A stretch of DNA of 64,000 nucleotides from Burkholderiales bacterium (GTDB lineage Bacteria; Pseudomonadota; Gammaproteobacteria; Burkholderiales; CAIKXV01), in NCBI GenBank assembly GCA_038205245.1, contig JBBRCD010000005.1, forward strand, positions 7,659 through 71,658. The letters are read 5' to 3'. How positions within the stretch are numbered: the stretch's first letter is position 1; every line of letters starts with the position of its first letter. Made by a program: the position numbers and the translations under genes. This document shows, one piece after another, positions 56,212-64,000 of this stretch. The notes beneath the pieces are model-generated. The model did not search any database and was not told the origin of the DNA. It was given only the letters and a program-made list of their open reading frames with translations.

Positions 56212-56708
56212 TGATCGCAGACGACGCAGTGCTCTATCAGCTCGCCGAGAATGTCGGCCGTGCTTTGTCGACCCGCGGCCTGATGCTCGCCACCGCCGAG
56301 TCCTGCACCGGCGGCTGGGTGGGCCAGGCGATGACCATGGTTCCGGGCAGCTCCGAGTGGTACGAGCGCGGCTTCATCACCTACACCTACATCGCGAAAA
56401 TCGAGATGCTCGGTGTGCTGTCGGCGACGCTCGACGCGCATGGCGAGGTGAGCGAGCAGACCGCCGGCGAGATGGCGCGCGGGGCGCTCGAGCGCAGCCA
56501 CGCCCAGGCGGCATTGTCTATTACCGGCGTGGCTGGCCCGGGCGGGGGCTCGCCGGACAAGCCGGTGGGCACTGTCTGTTTCGGCTGGTCGTTCCTCGAT
56601 GGCCGCAACCACACCGAGACGCTGTCGCTGATCGGTGACCGGGACTGGGTGCGGCGGCAGTCGGTGCAGCACTCGCTGACGCGGTTGCTCGGCTGGCTGC
56701 TGGCTTGA
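56211..56708 (+). CDS. pncC: CinA-family nicotinamide-nucleotide amidohydrolase domain protein (PncC-like)
   Basis: 165 aa from MIADDAVLYQLAE (TAATG overlap). ATAESCTGGW and SITGVAGPGGG motifs. Confidence 0.85.
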   Translation: MIADDAVLYQLAENVGRALSTRGLMLATAESCTGGWVGQAMTMVPGSSEWYERGFITYTYIAKIEMLGVLSATLDAHGEVSEQTAGEMARGALERSHAQAALSITGVAGPGGGSPDKPVGTVCFGWSFLDGRNHTETLSLIGDRDWVRRQSVQHSLTRLLGWLLA

Positions 56709-57607
56709 GCGGGCCGACTTCAGAGTCCGGCGCGCTCAGGCCGCAGCAGCGCTTCGACTATTCGGCGATCGTCGATCGGCCCAAGCTGAAGCTGCCGCGC
56801 GGGGTGCGGCTGATCCTGTGGCCAGTGGTCAACATCGAAGAATGGGACATCGGCCGCCCGATGCCGCGCGGGGTGTCCAACGCCCCTGGCGGCAAGGCGG
56901 CGATACCGGATACCCAGAACTGGGGCTGGCACGAATACGGCATGCGGGTCGGCTTCTGGCGTCTGGTCGAGTCGCTGGCCCGGCACCGGATCAAGCCGAC
57001 GCTGTCGATCAACGCCAGGGTGTGCGAGACCCGGCCGCGGGTGGCGCAGGCGGCGCTGGACGCCGGCTGGGAGTTCATGGCCCACTGCTACGAGCAGATG
57101 CCGATCCAGGCGGTAGCCGATCAGCGCGCGATGATGCGCCAGACGATCGAGGTGCTCGAGCGGTTTACCGGGCGCCGTCCGACCGGCTGGCTCGGACCCG
57201 GGCGCGGGCAGACCTGGGCCACGCCGGACTACATCGCCGAAGCGGGCTTCACCTGGTTCGGCGACTGGGTGATGGACGATCAGCCGTTCTGGGTTAAGAC
57301 CGGGAGCCGGCCCCTGCTGTCGATCCCCTATTCGGTCGAGCTGAACGACATCACCATCATGCTGACCGGCCTGCACGAGTCGGATGCGATGCTCAAGCGG
57401 GCGAAGGACGCCTTCGACCAGCTGTACCGCGAGTCTTCCAGGCAGCCGCGGATACTCTCGTTCGGCGTACATCCCTACATCTCGGGTGCGGCGCATCGCG
57501 CGAAGTACTTCGACATGATGCTGCGCTACTTCCGCAGCCACAAGGACGTGGTGTTCTGGCAGGGTGAACAGATCCACGACTGGTTCACCGGGCAGGTCCA
57601 CCCGTAG
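56705..57607 (+). CDS. polysaccharide deacetylase-family protein
   Basis: 300 aa, TTG start overlapping the upstream stop. NodB-like fold pattern (WPVVNIEEW, HCYEQ). Confidence 0.75.
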   Translation: MSGPTSESGALRPQQRFDYSAIVDRPKLKLPRGVRLILWPVVNIEEWDIGRPMPRGVSNAPGGKAAIPDTQNWGWHEYGMRVGFWRLVESLARHRIKPTLSINARVCETRPRVAQAALDAGWEFMAHCYEQMPIQAVADQRAMMRQTIEVLERFTGRRPTGWLGPGRGQTWATPDYIAEAGFTWFGDWVMDDQPFWVKTGSRPLLSIPYSVELNDITIMLTGLHESDAMLKRAKDAFDQLYRESSRQPRILSFGVHPYISGAAHRAKYFDMMLRYFRSHKDVVFWQGEQIHDWFTGQVHP

Positions 57608-57641
57608 CGTTTTCAGGTTTTTCAGGTTCTTCGACCGGCCG

Positions 57642-57660
57642 GGCCCGGAAAATCCGGGCC
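57642..57660 (+). terminator. hairpin GGCCCGG-AAAAT-CCGGGCC after the deacetylase gene
   Basis: Perfect 7-bp GC stem 35 nt after the stop. No U-tract. Confidence 0.4.
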
Positions 57661-57674
57661 GATGCAGATAGGGC

Positions 57675-57712
57675 TTGCATTCCTCCCCGAATACCGTATA
57701 AATTTACGGTAT
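57675..57712 (+). promoter_or_regulatory. putative lexA promoter (TTGCAT -35, TATAAA/TAAATT -10) overlapped by perfect palindrome ATACCGTA-TAAATT-TACGGTAT
   Basis: Palindrome at 57691-57712 with perfect 8-bp arms. Its last two bases are the A and T of the lexA ATG. No Shine-Dalgarno. Confidence 0.65.
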
Positions 57713-58310
57713 GGACGGTCTGACCTCACGACAACAGGAAATCCTCGACTTCCTCCGCACCTTCTCGGAGGAGAACGGCATGCCCCCCACCCGGGCGGAG
57801 GTGGCGCGCGCCTTTGGCTTCCGGTCGCCCGCATCGGCCGAGGAGCATTTGCGGGCGCTCGAGAAGAAGGGCGCCATCACCCTGTCCGGCATGGCACGCG
57901 GGCTGCGTCTGACCGAGCCCGCCGGCCTGCCGCTGATCGGGCAGGTTGCCGCCGGGGCGCCACTGCTCGCTCAGGAGAACGTGCTCGGCCATTATCCGGT
58001 CAGCCCGAATTTGTTCAAGCTGCGTGCCGACTATCTGCTCAAGGTGCGCGGCTGGAGCATGCGCGACGCCGGCATTCTGGATGGCGACTGGCTCGTGGTG
58101 CACCGAACGACCGAGGCGCGCGACGGCCAGATCGTGGTCGCCCGGGTGGACGATGAAGTCACCGTCAAGCGCCTCAAGCGCAAGGCCGGTCGTGCCTATC
58201 TGATCGCCGAGAACCCGGAGTTCTCGCCGATCGTGATCGAACTCGCCAAGACGCCGCTCGCGATCGAAGGTATCGCGCTCGGTGTAGTGCGTGACCTCAA
58301 TGCTGTCTGA
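57711..58310 (+). CDS. lexA: SOS repressor LexA
   Basis: 199 aa. [12 protein letters not shown]...[10 protein letters not shown] wHTH, Ala-Gly cleavage site in VAAGAP, catalytic Ser in RGWSM and Lys in VKRL. Confidence 0.95.
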   Translation: MDGLTSRQQEILDFLRTFSEENGMPPTRAEVARAFGFRSPASAEEHLRALEKKGAITLSGMARGLRLTEPAGLPLIGQVAAGAPLLAQENVLGHYPVSPNLFKLRADYLLKVRGWSMRDAGILDGDWLVVHRTTEARDGQIVVARVDDEVTVKRLKRKAGRAYLIAENPEFSPIVIELAKTPLAIEGIALGVVRDLNAV

Positions 58311-58469
58311 CCCTGCCGTTTGACCCCATCTTTCAACCTTACCACCCAAGCCCACCACCCAACCTCACGCGCCGGCAACCGAAGTTTCGTTCGCCAGCGT
58401 TCTGTTTCAAACCCGACCCGAAGAAAAGAGGATGCGATAATGCCGCCTGACTCAGGAGTACACCAACAG

Positions 58470-59516
<1,047 letters not shown>

Positions 59517-59539
59517 ACTGAAGCGTTGCGCCGGTTCGA

Positions 59540-59571
59540 CCCTGGCGTTGCCGGTACTGGCGACGCCAGGG
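59540..59571 (+). terminator. 13-bp-stem hairpin between recA and recX (possible attenuator)
   Basis: CCCTGGCGTTGCC-GGTACT-GGCGACGCCAGGG with one G-T wobble, 24 nt after the recA stop. No U-tract. Confidence 0.45.
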
Positions 59572-59658
59572 ACGACTGGCGGTTCAGACGCCGATGCGCG
59601 ACCACCCGTCCCACCCGTATCGAGCGGCTCACCAGGCTTGCCGGACTGATCGGGGCTG

Positions 59659-60114
59659 ATGCCGCGTCCTTCCCTATCGATGCGTGGGCGCGGTCTTGGC
59701 TACCTCGCCCGCCGGGAGCACTCGCGGCAGGAGCTTGGTGCCAAGCTGCGCCGCCACGCAGCACAGGGCGAGGATGTGGACGCGCTTCTGGACGACTTTG
59801 AGCAGCGGGGATGGCTGTCCGAGCGGCGCCTGGTGCAGCAGGTGATCACTGGAACGAAACGCTTCGGCGCGGCCCGCCTGCTGCACGACCTGCGCCGGCG
59901 CGGCGTGAACGAGAGCTTGATCCGGGAGGCCGCCGACCCGCTCAGGCGAAGCGAGCTCGCCTCCGCGCGTGCGGTCTGGCAGAAGCGGTTCGGCACGTTG
60001 CCGGTGGATGCGCAGTCCCGGCTCAAGCAGATCCGGTTCCTGCGCGGTCGCGGCTTTTCGTCGGGCACGATCGAACGTATCCTTCGCACCACGGTGGACG
60101 AAACGCCGGAATAG
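59659..60114 (+). CDS. recX: recombination regulator RecX
   Basis: 151 aa. YLARREHSRQELGAKL and the three-repeat helical pattern typical of RecX. Immediately follows recA. Confidence 0.9.
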   Translation: MPRPSLSMRGRGLGYLARREHSRQELGAKLRRHAAQGEDVDALLDDFEQRGWLSERRLVQQVITGTKRFGAARLLHDLRRRGVNESLIREAADPLRRSELASARAVWQKRFGTLPVDAQSRLKQIRFLRGRGFSSGTIERILRTTVDETPE

Positions 60115-60131
60115 TGAAGGGAAGGTTTGCC

Positions 60132-61130
60132 ATGGCGCTCAGTTCGCGTTTGCTTGCGTGGGCGATGCTCATTCCGTTGGTTGGTGCAAGCCTGGATGTC
60201 TACGCGCAGCCGGCGGAGGCCACCGCGGGCTGGCCGAGTCGAACGATCCGACTGATCGTGCCGTTCACGCCTGGCGGCTCGCAGGATGTCATCGCCCGGG
60301 TGCTTGGCCAGAAAGTCGGTGACGCGCTCGGGCAGCGACTGTTGATCGACAATCGACCGGGTGCGGGTGGGGTGATCGCCACCCAGGAGGGCGCGCGGGC
60401 CAACGCCGATGGCAATACGCTGCTGCTGTCCACCGGTGCGCAGATGGCGATCGCGCCTGGACTCAACCCGAAAGTCGGCTACGACCCGCTGCGTGACTTC
60501 GTGCATGTCATTCATCTGGTCGACCTGCCGCTCGTGCTGCTCGCGCATCCAGCTTTACCCGTGACTGGAGTCAAGGATTTGATCGCCTTCGCCCGGGCGA
60601 ACCCGGGCAAGGTCAATACTGCGTCCACCGGCAACGGCACCTACACCCACATGACGCTCGAACTGTTCAAGTCGATCGCCGGAGTCGAGATGACCCATGT
60701 CCCCTACAAGGGGGCGGCGCCGGCGTTGAACGACCTGATTGCCCGCCAGGTCGAGACCATGTTCACCACCACCGCCTCGGCGCAACCCTTCACTTCGACC
60801 CAGCGGGTGAAGGCACTTGGCATCACGGCGCCCAACCGCTCGGCGATGTTGCCCGACGTGCCGACCTTTGCCGAGCAGGGCGTGCCTGGCCTCAACGTCT
60901 CTTCCTGGGTCGGCATTTCGGTCCCGGCTGGGACGCCGCAGCCGATCGTCGCCCGGCTTGGCGCCGAGTTTGCCCGCGCCCTGGAGGCTCCGGATGTGCG
61001 CGAGCGCATGGCCACCCTCGGCGCCGAACTGGTTTCGGTGCGGGCTGCGGCGTTCACCCTGATGGTCCGGGCCGATCAGGCGCGCTGGGCGAAGCTGATC
61101 AGGGCGGCGGGTCTGAAGCCGACCGAATGA
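60132..61130 (+). CDS. Bug/TctC-family periplasmic solute-binding protein
   Basis: 332 aa from MALSSRLLAW with GAAGG upstream. Motifs TIRLIVPFTPGGSQD and HVPYKGAAPAL. Confidence 0.9.
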   Translation: MALSSRLLAWAMLIPLVGASLDVYAQPAEATAGWPSRTIRLIVPFTPGGSQDVIARVLGQKVGDALGQRLLIDNRPGAGGVIATQEGARANADGNTLLLSTGAQMAIAPGLNPKVGYDPLRDFVHVIHLVDLPLVLLAHPALPVTGVKDLIAFARANPGKVNTASTGNGTYTHMTLELFKSIAGVEMTHVPYKGAAPALNDLIARQVETMFTTTASAQPFTSTQRVKALGITAPNRSAMLPDVPTFAEQGVPGLNVSSWVGISVPAGTPQPIVARLGAEFARALEAPDVRERMATLGAELVSVRAAAFTLMVRADQARWAKLIRAAGLKPTE

Positions 61131-62284
61131 CTGGATCGACGATGACCGTTGCACCGGCGATGAGCGCTGCACCGACGCTTGCGGTCGTCGGTGCCGGTCC
61201 GATCGGGCGCGCGAGCGCGGCATTGGTTGCCGCCGCGATCCGTGTGCCGCTTGATGGGCGTTCAGCGTCATCCGCTAGCCGTGTCGCGTTGTGGTCGCCC
61301 TCAGGCGCAAGTACCCGCGATCTGCAGCGCACCGCTGAGGGCGTGCGGCTGCGCGCCACTGGCGCGCTCGACACCACGGTCGAGATCGGACTGATCGGAC
61401 GCGCGACTGAGCTCGCCGCATTCGATGTGCTGTTGATCGCGATTCCCGGCAACGCCTACTCGGCCGTGCTTCCATCAGTGGTGGACGCGCTTCGGCCCGG
61501 ACAGGCCGTGATCGTCAGCGGCGCGCTGTCGATGGCGCCGGTATGGCTCCATGAACACGCGAAGGCGCGCGGCGTCGAGGTCAGTGTGGTGAGCTGGGGC
61601 ACGTCGCTGTGCACTGCGCGCCGGGTGCTCGAGGCCGTGGCCGATGTTGCGGTCGGCTCGATCCGATCCCGGTTCGAGATGGCGACGATCCCCGCAGCAG
61701 GCGGCGAGGCGGCGCATGCGCTTTGCACGCGCCTGTTCGGCGACCGGTTCAACCGGCTCGACAACCTGCTGGCCACCCTGTTGTCCAACGTCAATCCGGT
61801 CGCGCATGCGGCCGAGGTGGTGCCGAATCTGACCCGGATCGAATGCGCGGAAGACTGGCCGCTGTTTCAATATCTGACGCCAGCCGCTGCCCGGATCGGC
61901 GAGGCGATCGATGCCGAGCGAATCGCGATCGCCCGCGCGTTCGGTCTCGAGGTGCGCTCGGTGCACGAGCACACCCATCTGTCCTACCATGTGCCGATGG
62001 CGAGTTACGGCGAGATGGCCGCGGCGGTGCACGCCAAAGTCGGCAGTCCACCCGGGCCGAAGTCCTTCGAGCATCGCTACCTGGTCGAGGATGTGCCGTA
62101 CGGCCTGGTGTTCTTCGAAGCGCTCGGCGAACTCTGCGGCGTGCCGACCCGGAACATCTCAGGGGCCATCACGCTGCTGTCCAGCGCCTGCCAGCGAGAC
62201 TTTCGCAGCGAGAACCGATTGCTGGGTTCGCTGCGCCTCGCGGATGAGACGCCGGAATCACTATTGAAGCGTTGCCTGGGGTGA
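61127..62284 (+). CDS. NAD/NADP octopine/nopaline dehydrogenase-family protein
   Basis: 385 aa. Rossmann LAVVGAGPIG and the C-terminal YLVEDVPYGLVFFEALG block typical of opine dehydrogenases. ATGA overlap with the Bug gene. Confidence 0.7.
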   Translation: MTGSTMTVAPAMSAAPTLAVVGAGPIGRASAALVAAAIRVPLDGRSASSASRVALWSPSGASTRDLQRTAEGVRLRATGALDTTVEIGLIGRATELAAFDVLLIAIPGNAYSAVLPSVVDALRPGQAVIVSGALSMAPVWLHEHAKARGVEVSVVSWGTSLCTARRVLEAVADVAVGSIRSRFEMATIPAAGGEAAHALCTRLFGDRFNRLDNLLATLLSNVNPVAHAAEVVPNLTRIECAEDWPLFQYLTPAAARIGEAIDAERIAIARAFGLEVRSVHEHTHLSYHVPMASYGEMAAAVHAKVGSPPGPKSFEHRYLVEDVPYGLVFFEALGELCGVPTRNISGAITLLSSACQRDFRSENRLLGSLRLADETPESLLKRCLG

Positions 62285-62344
62285 GCGAAAGAGCCTGGCG
62301 TGCGGCTCGCCAGTGTCGGTGGGCAACCCAACAGGCGACGGTCC

Positions 62345-63355
62345 TCAGCGTGAGAACACCAGGTCGATTGCTTGCGTATCGTGGGGTAAGGCTGCCTCGC
62401 CGATCGAGATCGAAACCAGCCGACTGTCTGTCGCGGGCCCTGGGGACGGTTTGAACGCGAGCGTGCGGCGTTTGCCGACAAGATGAAACACGCCGCATCG
62501 GCCGGGTTCATCCACGAAGTACAGGATGCCCTTTGCGCGATAGACGCTGGCGGGAAGCCCCGTTACCGCAGCCTCGAAGCTGGCGCGGTCGAGCGGTGAC
62601 CTGGTATGCCAGGCACGGCTGGATACGCGAAGCGCCGCCTCAGCCCGTGGGGTCGTCGGTTGGTCCAGGCGGGTTGGTGAACTCGGGACCGGGTGCACTG
62701 GGCTCGGCGCTGACCGCACTCGGTCCAGCCAGGGCGCTGCGCGATCGAAATCAGGCGCCAGCAGTTCTCGAGGAATCTCTGCAAACCGGGTGCGCGAGAC
62801 ACGCATGGCGGGCAGCGCACCGAGTAGCGTCCGGGTGATGTCGGCCAGGGTCGCCTCCTCGGCCAGGTCACAGCGATTGAGTAGCACCAGGTCAGCGACC
62901 GCGGCCTGCTCGATCGCAAGCTCGGTTGCCGCATAGTCAAGCTGCAGGAAGTTTTCGGCGTCCACCAGACACCAGATCGAATCAACCTGGAAGAACTGTG
63001 CGGCCGGACCTGAGAAGAATGTTTCGGCGATGGCCATCGGATTCGACACGCCGCTGCTTTCAATCAGCACGTGATCTGGCGCAGGCGATGAACGCACGAG
63101 CGATATCGCAGCCGCCGCCATGTCCTCGCGCAGCGAGCAGCAGATGCAACCATTCGAGAGCGCAATCCGGTCTGGTTGCAGATCGACCACCAGATCAGCA
63201 TCTATGTTCAGCGCGCCGAAGTCATTGACCAGTACCCCGTAGCGAACGCCCTGCGGGTCGATGAGCAGGCGGCGCAGAAGCGTGGTTTTTCCGGCGCCGA
63301 GAAAGCCCGAGATGATGGTGACCGGGATACGGTCCACGCGCGTCGTGCTGTCCAC
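62345..63355 (-). CDS. CobW/COG0523-family G3E GTPase (metallochaperone-like)
   Basis: 336 aa, GTG start. Walker A GFLGAGKTT and CxCC motif GCICCS. Confidence 0.85.
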   Translation of the reverse strand: MDSTTRVDRIPVTIISGFLGAGKTTLLRRLLIDPQGVRYGVLVNDFGALNIDADLVVDLQPDRIALSNGCICCSLREDMAAAAISLVRSSPAPDHVLIESSGVSNPMAIAETFFSGPAAQFFQVDSIWCLVDAENFLQLDYAATELAIEQAAVADLVLLNRCDLAEEATLADITRTLLGALPAMRVSRTRFAEIPRELLAPDFDRAAPWLDRVRSAPSPVHPVPSSPTRLDQPTTPRAEAALRVSSRAWHTRSPLDRASFEAAVTGLPASVYRAKGILYFVDEPGRCGVFHLVGKRRTLAFKPSPGPATDSRLVSISIGEAALPHDTQAIDLVFSR

Positions 63356-64000
63356 CTAGGGCTGTCCTACGCCGTCGAGCCTACCCTCAGGCCGCTCTCG
63401 CGGTACCAGCCGCTCTCCTCCCAGCACCGTACCCAGGATCGGGATGTCGAGGAAACGTTCCGGGTCATGGGTCAGGGGATTGGCGCCGAGCAGGACGAAG
63501 TCAGCCTGCTTGCCCGCCTCGATGGAACCGATCTGGTCGCTCATCTGCAATTGCCATGCTGCGTCTATCGTGATCGCGCGCAGCGCCTCCTCGACGCCGA
63601 CACGCTGGTCTGCCCCGATGACCGCACCCAGGCGCGTGCGCCGGGTCAAGGCGAGATGCAGACAGAGCAGAGCGTCAGGCCAGGTCATCGGCGAATCGCA
63701 GTGGTAGGACACCCGCATCCCCGCCCGGGTCGCTGTGCCCGAGGGCATGTACTGCTCGACCACATCAGCGCCGAACATCCCGTCGCGCAGCGCCTCGCCC
63801 CAGTGATACAGATGTGGGAGAAAGAAGCTGCAGACGACACCCAGAGAATGCGCGCGGACGATCTGGTCAGCGCGGATCAATGCACAGTGCTCCAGCCGAA
63901 ACGGCCGTGCGGCGTCCGGATACGCGGCAAGCGCCGCCTCGTAGCAATCGAGCACGATATCGATGGTTCGATCGCCCTGAACATGGGTGGCGACCTGCCA
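63356..64000 (-). CDS. amidohydrolase-family (YtcJ-like metal-dependent hydrolase) protein, 5-prime partial
   Basis: The reading frame is open to the window edge (WQVATHVQGDRTIDIVLDCYEAAL...). The C-terminal GSIEAGKQADFVLL motif is typical of the family. Its stop abuts the CobW start. Confidence 0.75.
   Translation of the reverse strand, partial: WQVATHVQGDRTIDIVLDCYEAALAAYPDAARPFRLEHCALIRADQIVRAHSLGVVCSFFLPHLYHWGEALRDGMFGADVVEQYMPSGTATRAGMRVSYHCDSPMTWPDALLCLHLALTRRTRLGAVIGADQRVGVEEALRAITIDAAWQLQMSDQIGSIEAGKQADFVLLGANPLTHDPERFLDIPILGTVLGGERLVPRERPEGRLDGVGQP

Noticed and set aside
58311-58469. A canonical CTGT-N8-ACAG SOS box upstream of recA.
   Set aside because: The only CTGT (in cgttctgtttcaaacc) has no ACAG partner at the right spacing.

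Overview
Visibly GC-rich proteobacterial chromosomal window. The gene orders glyA-nrdR-ribD-ribE-ribBA-ribH-nusB-thiL-pgpA-cinA and lexA-recA-recX, plus many Bug/TctC binding proteins, fit this. I call about 60 protein-coding genes and 5 pseudogenes or gene fragments. I saw no rRNA, tRNA, CRISPR array, transposase or integrase. Left third (1-20 kb): acid-sugar and dicarboxylate catabolic islets (udh-like, IPMDH-family dehydrogenase, otnK, otnC, D-tartrate-dehydratase-like enolase, CaiB-type CoA-transferase), each next to orphan Bug binding proteins, plus a gene-decay zone. Middle: three MFS transporters with a CmcJ-like enzyme, an orphan 537-aa protein with a PilZ-like C-terminus, mog, yjgA/pmbA, a DMT-DUF2891-flavoprotein operon, the imuA-imuB-dnaE2 mutagenesis cassette, rnd, and a TRAP transporter split by a degraded PIN toxin-antitoxin insert. 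Right third: housekeeping riboflavin/nusB/thiL block, lexA-recA-recX, and a Bug plus opine-dehydrogenase pair. Two non-genic signals stand out. (1) A near-identical 22-bp palindrome ATACCGTA-N6-TACGGYAT ends inside the ATG of both imuA and lexA. This is a candidate non-canonical SOS operator on promoters that look leaderless. (2) Short tandem repeats are unusually dense. Intergenic arrays include a G-quadruplex-prone heptamer array abutting a start codon and 11-, 15-, 18- and 25/26-bp arrays, mostly in divergent promoter regions. In-frame 6/12/15-nt arrays sit inside mog, DUF2891, dnaE2, nusB and a hydrolase gene. I cannot demonstrate a new multi-gene system from sequence alone; the candidates are listed with tests. 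All similarity statements rest on motif recognition from memory, not on searches.
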